From the human T2T-CHM13v2.0 reference genome, Homo sapiens: a stretch of 64,000 bases of DNA. A program made the position numbers and the translations under genes. The stretch spans positions 6,368,001 through 6,432,000 of the forward strand of contig CP086569.2 in NCBI GenBank assembly GCA_009914755.4. The letters run 5' to 3'. Under the pieces are notes generated by a model. That model had not been told where the DNA came from. It searched no databases and was given only the letters and a program-made list of their open reading frames with translations. This document shows positions 37,708-51,201 of the stretch, in pieces; position 1 is the first letter of the stretch, and every line of letters begins with the position of its first letter.

Positions 37708-40700
37708 CTTTCTTTTTATTGTTATTATTATACTTTAAGTTCTGGGGTACATGTGTGGAGCGTGCAGTTTTGTTACATAGGTATACATGTGCCATGATGG
37801 TTTGCTGCACCCATCAACCTGTCACTTACATTAGGTATATCTCCTAATGCTATCCCTCCCCTAGTCCCCCACCCATCGACAGGCCCCAGTGTGGGATGTT
37901 CCCCTCCTTAGATTGCAAAATTTTTTTCCCATTCTGTAGGCTGCCTGTTGACTCTGATGATAGTTTCTTTTGCTATGCAGAAGCTCTTTAGTTTAATTAG
38001 ATCCTATTTGTCAATTTTGGCTTTTGTTGCCATTGCTTTTGGTGTTTTAGACATGAAGTCTTTACCCATTCTTATGTCCTGAATGTTATTGCCCAGGTTT
38101 TCTTCTAGGATTTTTATGGTTTTAGTATTTATATTTAAGTCTTTGCTCCATCTTGAGTTAATTTTTGTATAAGATATAAGGAAGGGGTCCAGTTTCAGCT
38201 TTCTGCATATGGCTAGTCAGTTTTCCCAACACCATTTATTAAACAGGGAATCTTTTTCCCATTGTTTGTTTGTGTCAGGTTTGTTGAAGATCAAATGGTT
38301 GTAGATGTGTGGTGTTATTTCTGAGGCCTATGTTCTGTTCCATTTGTCTGTATATTTCTTTTGTACCACTACTATGCTGTTTTCATTACTGTAACCTTGT
38401 AGTACAGTTTGAAGTCAGATAGTGTGATGCCTCCAGCTTTGTTCTTTTTGCTTAGGGTTGACTTGGATATGCAGGCTCTTTTTTTGGTTCCATATGAAGT
38501 TTAAAGTAGTTTTTTCCAATTCTGTGAAGAAAGTCAGTGTTATCTTGATGGGTAGAGCATTGATTCTATAAATTACTTTAGGCAGTATGCCCATTTTCAC
38601 TATATTGATTCTTCCTTTTCATGAGAATGGAATGTTCTTCCATTTATTTGTGTCCTCTCTTCTTTCCTTGAGCAGTGGTTTGTAGTTCTCCTTGAAGAGG
38701 TTCTTCACATCCCTTGTAAGCTGTATTCCTAGGTATTTTTTTCTCTTAGTAGCAATTGTGAATGGGAGTTAACTCATGATTTGGCTCTCTGCCTGTTATT
38801 GATGTATAAGAATGCTTGTAATTTTTGCAAATTGATTTTGTATCATGAGAGTTTGCTGAAGTTTCTTATCAGCTAATGGAGATTTTGGGCTGAGATGATG
38901 GGGTTTTCTAAACATACAATCATGTCATCTGCAAACTGAGACAATTTGACTTCCTCTCTTCCTATTTGAATATGCTTAATTTCTTTCTCTTGCCTGGTTG
39001 CCCTAGCCAGAACTTCCAATATTATGTTGAATAAGAGTGGTGAGAGAAGGCAGCCTTGTCTTGTGCTGGGTTTCAAAGGGAATGCTTCCAATTTTTGTCC
39101 ATTCAGTATGATATTGGCTGTGGGTTTGTCATAAATAGCTCTTATTATTTTGAAATATGTTCCATCAACACCTAGTTTATTGAGCATTTTTAGTATGAAG
39201 GGCTGTTGAATTTTGTCAAATGCCTTTTTTGTGTCTATTGAGATAATCATGTGGTTTTTGTCACTGGTTTTGCTTACCCGATGGATTACTTTTATTGATT
39301 TGTGTATGTTGAACCAGTCTTGCATCCCAGGGATGAAGCTGACTTGATTGTGGTGCATAAGCTTTTTGATGTTCTGCTGTAGTCAGTTTGCCAGTATTTT
39401 ATTGAGGATATTCACTTCAATGCTCATCAGGGATATTGGCCTAAAATTCCATTTTTCTTGTGTCTCTGCCAGGTTTTGGTATCAGGATGATGCTGGCCTC
39501 ATGAAATGAGTTAGGGAGGCTTCCCTCTTTTTCTATTGTTTGGATTAGTTTCAGAAGGAATGGTACCAGCTCCTTTTTTTTTACCTCTGGTAGAATTTGG
39601 CTGTGAATCCGTCTGCTCCTGGACTTTTTTAGTTGGTAGGCTTTAATTACTGAGTCAATTTCATAACTTGTTAATGGTCTTTTCAGGGATTCAAATTCTT
39701 CCTGGTTTAGACTTGGGAGAGTGTACATGTCCAGAAATTTATTCATTTCTTCTAGGTTTTCTAGTTTATTTGAGTAAAGGTGTTTATAGTATTCTCTGAT
39801 GGTAGTTTGTATTTCCAGGGCTCAGTGATGATATTTCCTATATCATTTTTTATTGAGTCTATTTAATTTTTCTCTTTTCTTCTGTATTAGTCTGGCAAGT
39901 GATCTATCTATTTTGTTAATTTTTTTTTCAAAAAAACATCTCCTGGATTCATTGATTTTTTGAAGGGTTTTTTGTGTTTCTATCTCCTTCAGTTCAGCTC
40001 TGATCTTAGTTATTTCTTGTCTTCTGCTAGCTTTTGAATTTGTTTGCTCTTCTCTAGTTCTTTTAATTTTGATGTTTGGGTGTCAATTTGCTTTCTCTTG
40101 TGGGCATTTAGTGCTGTAAATTTCCCTCTACACACTGCTTTAATTGTGTCCCAGAGATTCTGTTATGTTGTGTCTTTGTTCTCATTTGCTTCAAAGAACA
40201 TGTTTATTTCTGCCTTCATTTCATTGTTTACCCAGTAGTCATTCACCAGCAGGTTGTTCAGCTTCCAAGCAGTTGTAAAGTTTTGCGTGAGTTTCTTAAT
40301 CTTGAGTTCTAATTTGATTGCACTGTGGTCTGAGATACAGTTTGTTACAGTTTCAGTTCTTTTGCATTTGCTGAGGATTTCACTTCTTTTGCATTTGCTG
40401 ACCAATTATGTGGTCAATTTTAGAGTAAGTGTGATGAGGTCCTGAAAAAAGTTTATATTTTGTAGATTTGGGGTGGAGAGTTCTGTAGATGTGTATCAGG
40501 TCTGTTTGGTCCAGGACTGAGTTCAAGTCCTGAATATCCTTGTTAATTTTCTGTCTCATTGATCTGCCTAACATTGACAGTGCGTTGTTAAAGTCTCCCA
40601 CTATTATTGTGTGGGAGTCTAAGTCTCTTTGTAGGTCTCTAAGAACTCACTTTATAAATCTGAGTGTGTCTGTATTGGGTGCATATATATTTAGGATAGT

Positions 40701-43406
40701 TAGCTCTTCTGTTGCATTGATTGCTTTACTATGATGTAATGCCCTTCTTTGTCTCTTTTGATCTTTTTTGGTTTAAAGTCTGTTTTATCAGAGATTAGCA
40801 TTGCAACTCCCACTTTTTTTCCTTTTCATTTGCTTGGTGAATATTCCTCCATCCCTTTATTTTGAGCCTGTGTGTGTTTCTGCATGTGAGATGGGTCTCC
40901 TGAATACAGCACACCAATGGGTCTTGACTCTTTATCCAATTTGCCAGTCTGTGTCTTTTAATTGGGGGCATTTAGCCCATTTATGTTTAGGGTTAATATT
41001 GTTATGTGTGAATTTGATCCTGTCATTATAGTATTAGCTGGTTATTTTGCCCATTAGTTGATGAAGTTTTTCCCTAGCATTGATGATCTTACAGTTTGGC
41101 ATGTTTCTGCAGTGGCTGGTACTGGTTGTTGCATTCCATATTTAGTGCCTCCTTTAGCAGCTCTTGTAAGCCAGGTCTAGTGGTGACAAAATCCCTCAGC
41201 ATTTGCTTTTCTGTAAAGGATTTTATTTCTCCCTCACTTATGAAGCTTAGTTTTGCTGGATATGAAATTCTGCTTTGAAAATTATTTTCTTTAAGAATAT
41301 TGAATATTGGCCCCCACTCTCTTCTGGCTTGTAAAGTTTCTGCAGAGAAATCCACTGTTAGTCTGATGGGCTTCCCTTTGTGGGTTACCCGACCTTTCTC
41401 TCTGGCTCCTTTAGCATTTTTTTCTTCATTTCAACCTTGGTGAATCTGAAGATTATGTATCTTGGGGTTGCTCTTCTTGAGGAATATCTTTGTGGTGTTC
41501 TCTGTACTTCCTGAATTTGAATGTTGGCCTGTCTTGCTAGGTTGGGGAAGTTCTGGGTAATATCCAGAAGAGTGTTTTCCAACTTGGTTCCATTCTCCCC
41601 ATCACTCTCAGGTATAGCAATCAAATGTAGGTTTGGTCTTTTCCCATAGTCCGGTATTTCTTGGAGGCTTTGTTTCTTCCTTTTTATTCTTTTTCCTGTA
41701 ATCTTTTCTTCTCACTTTATTTCATTAAGTTGATCTTCAATCACTGATATCTTTTATTCCACCCGATCAATTTGGCTATTGATACTTGTGTATGCTTCAT
41801 GAAGTTCTCATGCTGTGTTTTTCTGCTCCATCAGGTCATTTGTGTTTTTCTCTAAAGTGATTATTCTAGTTAGCAATTCGTCTAATCTTTTTTCAATGTT
41901 CTTACCTTCCTCGCGTTGGGTTAGAATATGCTCCTTTAGCTCAGAGTTTATTACCCATCTTCTGAAACCTACTTCTGTCAATTCAACAAACTCATTCTCC
42001 ATCCAGTTTTGTTCCCTTGCTGGTGAGGAGTTGTGATCCTTTGCAGGAGAAGAGGCATTCTAGTCTTTTGAATTTTCAGCCTTTTTGCACTGGTTTCTCC
42101 CCTTGTTTGTGGATTTATCTACCTTTTTGTCTTTGATGTTGGTGACCTTAGGATGGGGTCTTCTGGTGGACATGCTATTCTTTTCTGTTTGTTAGTTTTC
42201 ATTCTAACAGTCAGGCCCCTCTACTTCAGGTCTGCTGGAGTTTCCTGGAGGTCCACTCCCTACCCTGTTTGCTGGGTATCACCAGCAGAGGCTGTACAAT
42301 AGCAAAGATTGCTGCCTGTTCTTTCCTCTGGAAGCTTTGCTTCAGAGGGGCACCTGCCAGATGCCAGCCAGAGCTCTCCTGTTTGAGATGTCTGTTAGCC
42401 CCTACTGGGAGGTGTCTCCCAGTCAGAATACATGGGGGTCTAGGACCCACATGAGGAGGCATTCTGACTCTTAGCAGAGCTTGAATGCTTTGCTGGGAGG
42501 TCGGCTGCTCTTTTTAGAGTCATTGGCCAGGGACATTTAAGTCTGATGAAACTGCACCCACAGTTGCCCCAGGTGCTCTGTCCCAGGGAGATGGGGGTTT
42601 TATCTATATGCCCTTGACTGGGGCTGCTGCCTTTTTTTCAGAGATGCCCTTCCCCAAGAGGATAAATTTGGCAGTCTGGCCACAGCAGCCTTGGTGAGCT
42701 GCAGTGGGATCTACCCAGTTTGAACTTCCTGGCTGCTTTGTTTACACTGTGAGGTGTAAACACCTACTCAAGCCTCAGCAATGATGGATGCCCCTCCTCC
42801 CACCAAGCTCCAGTGTCCCATGTTGATCTCAGACTGCTGCTGTCCTGGCAGCAAGAATTACAAACCAGTGGATCTTAGTTTGCTGGGCTCTGTGGGAGTG
42901 GGACCCGCTGAGCCAGACCACTTGGCTGCCTGGCTTCAGCCCCCCTTTCCAGGGGAGTGAACAGTTCTGTCTCACTGGTGTTCCAGGCACCACTGGCGTA
43001 TGGACAAACAAAAACAACAAAAAAGGCTCCTGCAGCTAGTTCTGTGTCTGCCCAATGGGCAGTTTTGTGCTTGAAACCAAGCACCCTGGTGGGGTAGGCA
43101 TCAGAGGGAATCTCCTAGTTTACAGGTTGCAAAGACTGTGAGGCAAGTGCAGTATCTGGGCTGGAGTGTGAATGCTTCCTCAGGCTCAGACTCTCATGGC
43201 TTACCTTGGGTAGGGGGGAAAATTCCCTGATCCCTTGCACTCCCTGGGCAATGTGAAGCCCCACCTGGCTTCAGCCCACACTCCGTGGGCCATACCCACT
43301 GTCCAACCAGTCCCAGTGAGATGAACTGTGTACCTCAGTTGGAAATGCAGAAATCACCTGCCTTTGAGCAGAGCTGTTTCTCTTCAGCCATCTTGGCTTC
43401 TCTCCC
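37708..43406 (-). mobile_element. LINE-1 (L1PA), near full-length antisense copy with an internal deletion of roughly 600 bp near its 3' end. Its T-rich tail abuts the 5' terminus of the neighbouring L1
   Basis: It starts tttctttttattgttattattatactttaagttctggggtacatgtgtggagcgtgcagttttgttacataggtatacatgtgccatgatggtttgctgcacccatcaacc, the antisense L1 3' end. ORF2 fragments are 38415..38600, 38873..39358 ([17 protein letters not shown]...) and 39441..39746. ORF1 fragments are 41089..41355, 41385..41624 and 41808..42002. The antisense 5'UTR ends ...gagcagagctgtttctcttcagccatcttggcttctctccc at about 43406. Confidence 0.9.
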
Positions 43407-45494
43407 AGTATGGCCTTTTCTACTAGAATCTTATTTTCTACCTCTTCACTCTACCTGGCCACTATGGCTCTTTCCCATTCTAGTTTAAATTACTTCTATC
43501 AGTGGTTAGTCTATATTTATCTTTTTTCTCTCCAAATTATTTGTTAAAAACTGCCCCCATTTTAGATAAATGTTCCTCCTTTAAATATTCCTTTTGTCAA
43601 TTAAATTCAGTAGTGAATTAAGCACCCACTATTATAATGTTGTATTTTATTTGTATTTGTAAAGTTTTATATTTACACCTCCTTTTAGCATTTTGGCAAT
43701 AATAAAAATAAAAAGCCGGTCATTAACTTTCATAACTTTATCATTTGAAATTTGTCAGGAAGGTAAGAAGGATGTAAAGTATTTAAAACAAACTGCAGTA
43801 TGTATTATCCTTAAGGAAGTAATAGTTTATTTCTAGTATTTTTCTCATGGATGGTGTTTCCTAGGTAACATTGGAACTTTTCTATTTTTGCCTAGATTTC
43901 TTTCCTTATCTCAGGTGGGAAGCACACAGAGTTGGCTGATTACCCAAAGAGAGTTCAGAGTCCTTGATTAGACTCATCCGCTCTTAGGTATGTGGCACTG
44001 AGTTCACTTTCCTGAGTATGTGTGAGACTGATTTTCTTAGAATAGTTTATTCTTTGCTGGAGATAGAACATCTTGCAAAGATCTTGTGTCTCTGTTTTCT
44101 CTAGACATTCCCTCTCTGGTGTGCAGACCCACATTCAGGAAACCAGATTGTAGATGACAAGGTTGAAATTCAGAACAAAAGTCCTAGGGGAAGTATTCAG
44201 GGATGTTTCATCAAGCTCTGGAAGCCTGAAGAGTTACTTTTCTTTAAAGGGCAGATCTGTTTTAAAAAATGAGCTGTGTGACTGAAGAATGACCCTATAA
44301 TGCCTAGCCTCCTGAGTGCCCTGACTTGTTTTTTTAAAATAATCAAAGCGCTCTGGTCTCAGTCAAATTAAAAATGCTTCCTTCTCTCCCTATTTTTCCT
44401 TTCCAAGTTTTTCCTGATTGTTAATTGGCTCCATTTAATTCTTCTGTAGTATCAATTTCTGTAATTGGCCTGTTTAATTTATCAAATAGCGTTTTGTTTT
44501 CTAAGGCTCTGGGTTAAGAAAGTGAATTACAGGAGCAACAGTCTTTTCTTTAAGGGACTCACAGACTAATAGAGGAGGTAGTAATGTAAAATAATAATTA
44601 CCTAATAAAGTGGAAAGTGATGTTTATAATAGAAATATGACATTATGAAAATAAGAATATGGTTGGTCTTACCCATTATGCCTAAGATACCATGTAGTAT
44701 AGGAGGGAAAAACCATTTAATCCTCTCTAAATAAGGCTTCAATCTAAATAAAATGTCTTCACAAATCTAATAACCACACCCTTTCAGTAAAGAAGCCTTT
44801 CTCTATATAGAAACTGATATTTATTACATGAATTATAGCGTAGATGGTATGTGATACTTTCTGTTGTTTTTCACAGAGTCTCCTGGACTTTGTGTTGTTT
44901 TGATTGCTATATATACTTAGTTAACTTTGTTTGAATCACTAGAGATGCTTATGTCAAATGAAATTAAAACCTCCAGATTTCCGTTAATTTATTTCTTTGT
45001 CCACATCTTTAAGCATGTTAGCCAACTAACTACTCTAGCAATCAAAATCTCAGCCACTTAAGAGATGTGTCTTGTTCATGTCAGTTAAGTACAGTTATGG
45101 GAATGGCTTTCAAGACTCTCTGGTTCACACAGTCATTCAGGGTCCCAGGCTTTTCTGTGGTGTGGCTTTTCTGTCTTATGAGGCTTTGCCATCCTCCACT
45201 GGGCCCTTTGCTTTCAGCCTGCAGGCAAGGGAAGAGAGAAGTCATGAAGCATTCTGCCAGAAGCCTACGGGACAAGCCTGGAAGGGGTATATATGGCATC
45301 TGCCCACATTCCACTGTGTAGAACCCACTCACATGGTCCCACCTATCTGCAAAGGAGACTGAGAAGTGTGATATCTCTGGGGGCGAAAGATGAAAAGGAA
45401 GCAGGGGTTTGAAAGACACCTAGCACTGTTGCTGCTCCATTGCTTTGAGTAACAAATGATGACTCACAGAAGGCAGCCTTTAAGTATTGGCGCC

Positions 45495-45905
45495 ACTGAT
45501 GGAGTCTCATTGCTGTAAAGAAATACCTAAGACTAGATAATTTATAAAGGAAAGAAGTTTAATGGACTCACAGTTCCACCTGGCTGGGAAGGCCTCCGTT
45601 TCACTGTGACAACTGAAAGATGCATGTGGCATGCTTCTCACTGGGGTTGTATCAGCTGAGTAACATACCTTCTGGGATATCAGTAACACTGACTTTCAAA
45701 CTCAAGCGAGTTGGCTGTGAACAGGCTCCTGCAGCTCCCCAGGCTGGCTGGCCTATTGCTCCACTGTAAAAAGCTATGCCCTGCAGAACATGCTGGCACC
45801 TGGCTTTGCAGACAGATATTCAGGAAGATGTAGGCGCCAATAAGGGGAATTGTGTCATGGGAGGTTCATGGTAATGTAGAAAAGTCTCAGTGAGATGCAC
45901 ATGTT
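45495..45905 (-). mobile_element. MaLR solo LTR (THE1/MST-type) in antisense
   Basis: cattgctgtaaagaaatacctaagactagataatttataaaggaaagaagtttaatggactcacagttccacctggctgggaaggcctc is a near-exact match to the antisense 3' end of THE1/MST LTRs (...ctgctataaagaaatacctgagactgggtaatttataaaggaaagaggtttaatggactcacagttccacatggctggggaggcctc). The far boundary is uncertain. Confidence 0.55.
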
Positions 45906-46526
45906 TGAGGGCTAAGGGACAGTGCTACACCTTGTCACCACTGAAGCAGTGAGACAGATCTTGGTAGTGTGCCTTTCATGTTTCAGACTGAAGACTCTGA
46001 GACTGTTGGTCTCCTGTAAATGCAGTTTTGCACTACTCAGACCTAGGAGGGTACCTGCATGTGATGCTCATGGTCATTTTTTTCTCCAAAAAACAATTTG
46101 CAAGAATTTGTGGTCATTTGTCTCATAGATTTACTGCCATTCATAAAGCCTGTAAACATCCCTTAAGAAAAGTTTGGAGAGATCTTTGCTCTTGAGATAT
46201 GTTTATGAAGTTGTTTGCTCTCTATATTTGTAACTTTTCTGTGAATGCTAATGGTTAGTTTTGCATTGGAGACAACAAGAAGACTGTAATCATCTTTGTA
46301 TAATTGTATGATTTTTGTTTTTGTTTTCTAGATTTTGAAGAAAATATTTTAATGAAGAAATCATAGATGGTATTTAAAAAGAATTGATGCTGTTTTTGCA
46401 GTGCTTATACTGAGGTTCAGGTGTGATTTTTTTTTATTGTAAATTCCAGAATTGAGATTTAAGAAATGTTTGCTTAATAGGTATATTTTAAATATACATC
46501 TATTGAATATATATTTATGTAGCGAG

Positions 46527-46778
46527 ACAGAGACAGGGTCTCACTCTGTCACCTAGACTGGAGTGCAGTGGCAACATCATAGCTCAAAGCAACCTCAACC
46601 TCCTTAGTTCAGGTGATTCTCCCACCTCAGCCTGCTGAGTAGATAGGACCACAAACACACACCAACATGACCATATAATTTTTTGTATTTTTTGTAAAGA
46701 CAGGGTTTTTTAATGTTGCCTAGGCTGGTCTCAAACTACTGGGCTCAAGTGATCCTCTTGCCTCAGTCCCAGAGTTCT
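46527..46778 (-). mobile_element. Alu element (older), minus orientation, partly truncated
   Basis: gagacagggtctcactctgtcacctagactggagtgcagtggcaacatcatagctcaaagcaacctcaacc...ggctggtctcaaactactgggctcaagtgatcctcttgcctcag. Confidence 0.85.
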
Positions 46779-46792
46779 CTCTCTCTCTTTTT

Positions 46793-47208
<416 letters not shown>

Positions 47209-47429
47209 TGAATTGCTTTGCTCATTTTTGCTTAGCTGTTTCCTGTGGTGGCTGTCTGCAGTGTTATAGCCTTTTCTATGCTTTGGTACATCCTCATAAT
47301 AGAGCTCCACTTGGTCTTTGTTTGGTACTTCAGAGTCTGGTGCAAGTTGGTGGTCTTGCTTTCAGTGGCCCTGCTTGTTTCCCTTCCTACGACCCAAATT
47401 CCTCCCCCAAAGAGAAGTTGTGACTATGA

Positions 47430-47722
<293 letters not shown>

Positions 47723-47786
47723 AGAGGAAGGAATTCTTGAGAGTGAGTGCCACAGATTTTTTTTTTCTTACAGGGCTTCAGTGAGG

Positions 47787-48065
47787 TTGGCTTCCTGCTT
47801 GCATAGTGCCTATAATCTCAGGACTTTGGGATGCCAAGGCGGGTGGATAACTTGAAGTCAGGAGTTTGAAACCAGCCTGGGCAACTGGGTGAAACCCCAT
47901 CTCTGCTAAAAAATACAAAAATTAGCCAACTGTAATCTTGGTTACTCAGCAGGCTGAGGCACGAGAATCATTTGAACCTGGGAGGCAGAGGTTGTAATGA
48001 GAAGGGATTGTGTCACTGCGCTCCAGCCTGGGTGATGGAATAAGATTCTGTCTCAAAAAATAAAG
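47787..48065 (+). mobile_element. Alu element, plus orientation (older, diverged left monomer)
   Basis: ...gcctataatctcaggactttgggatgccaaggcgggtggataacttgaagtcaggagtttgaaaccagcctgggcaactgggtgaaaccccatctctgctaaaaaatacaaaaattagcc...gcgctccagcctgggtgatggaataagattctgtctcaaaaaataaag. Confidence 0.85.
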
Positions 48066-48900
48066 AAAAGTTGTATTAATTGACTGTTTATGTTATCAGT
48101 AAAGCTTCTGATTAACAGTAGACTATTAGAATTAAGTTTTGGGGCATCAAATTATATGCAGATTTACACTTTGAGGGGTTGGTGATCCTAATTACAGTGT
48201 TATTCAGAACTCAAATATAAATAAAAGAAGATACTTCTGCACTAATGTTCATAGCAGCATTTTTCAAAGTCAGGTGGAAAAACAAAAAGGTCCCTATGAA
48301 CAGATAGACAAAATGTGATAGAGTCAATGAGAAGAATATTATTCAATCATAAAAAAGAATGAAATCCTAATAATGTTACAACATCAATGAACCTTGAAGA
48401 CTTTATGCCAAATGAAATAACCCAAACATAAACCAGGAAAACTTCTGTATGACTCCACATATATCAAGTACCTAGAATAGGCAAGTTTGTAGAAAAATAA
48501 AATGGAAAAGAGCTTAGCACAGTTACAGCTGAAGAGGAATAGGAAGTTACTTTTTAGTGAGTGTAGGGATGATGAAAGAGGAGGATGAAGAAGATGTGGA
48601 TATAGCTGTACTGGTCATACAACATTGGGAATATACCTAATCCTACTGAACTGCACACATGCAAATACTTGAAATAGTAAATTTTTTGCTATATGTATTT
48701 GCCACTATAAAAATTTGATGCCAGTCTTGTGAGTTTTGTGTGTGAGTTTCCTCAGTTAGATTTACTTCAGTGAAGATGGTTTATACACAGTGTGTTTTTG
48801 TTACTAGTCTCCAGGAAAAAAAACCCTGCAATTTCTGCTATGTACAATATGTGAAATGCATAAAGTGTTTAATAGGCATATTATTATATTGCTATCTTGC

Positions 48901-49242
48901 TTTTTTTTAATTTGAGGTAAAACTTACATAACAAAATTAACCATTAACTCTTTGATAGTGTACACAATTCAGCAGCATCTTTGCATTCTCAGTGTTGTGC
49001 TAATATCACCTATACCGAGTTTAACACATTTTCATTATCCAAAAATTCTGTACCCATAAGCAGTCATTTTCCATTCTTTATGCTCTCAAGTTCTTGGCAA
49101 CCACTAAACTGCTTTCTCTCTGTTAAGGATTTATGTTTAGATATTCCATATAAATGGAATTATATGATATGAGACCTTTTGAGTGTGGTGTCTTTCACAT
49201 TATGTAATGTGTTTATTATGGTTTATAAATATTGTAGTTTGA
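48901..49242 (-). mobile_element. Ancient L1 (L1M, L1MB-like) 3'UTR/3' end in antisense
   Basis: ttttttttaatttgaggtaaaacttacataacaaaattaaccatt...ccataagcagtcattttccattc...ttagatattccatataaatggaattatatgatatgagaccttttgagtgtggtgtctttcac matches the recalled L1MB-type antisense 3' end (ttttaatttgaggtaaaattcacataacataaaattaaccatttt...ggacatttcatataaatggaatcatacaatatgtggcc). Confidence 0.5.
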
Positions 49243-49249
49243 ATTTCTT

Positions 49250-50530
<1,281 letters not shown>

Positions 50531-50535
50531 TTACG

Positions 50536-50690
50536 TTTTTTTTTTTTTTTGCTTTGTTGCCCAAGGTGGAGTGCAGTGGCGTAATCTTCACTTATGCAGC
50601 CTCAATCCCCTGTGCACAAGTGATCCTTCCACCTCAGCCTCCCAAGTAGCTGGGACTACAGGCATACACTACCACACCGTACTTGTATTT
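50536..50690 (-). mobile_element. Partial Alu (only the half corresponding to the Alu right monomer), minus orientation
   Basis: tttttttttttttttgctttgttgcccaaggtggagtgcagtggcgtaatcttcacttatgcagcctcaatcccctgtgcacaagtgatccttccacctcagcctcccaagtagctgggactacaggcatacactaccacaccg. Confidence 0.8.
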
Positions 50691-50837
50691 CTTCTTCTGA
50701 TTGTACAATACTTCACTGTATGGATATATCATATTTTGTTTATTCTTTTAAGAGTTGGACATTTGGGTGTTTTTCACATTCTGAAGCAAATATGAACTTT
50801 AATGGATAAGTTTTTTGTTTTAATAACTGTTTTACAG

Positions 50838-51201
<364 letters not shown>

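Noticed and set aside
42954-43488. Possible L1 ORF0 (primate-specific antisense 5'UTR ORF) in the antisense L1 5'UTRs, for example plus-strand ORFs 43285..43488 and 58939..59139
   Set aside because: By my recollection ORF0 spans about nt 236-452 of the 5'UTR. Going by that placement, the candidate ORFs either start near the L1 5' terminus and run out into flank, or overlap a different part of the 5'UTR. The region where ORF0 should lie in the 37708-43406 copy is interrupted by a stop (MDKQKQQKRLLQL*). I cannot recall the ORF0 peptide well enough to confirm identity.
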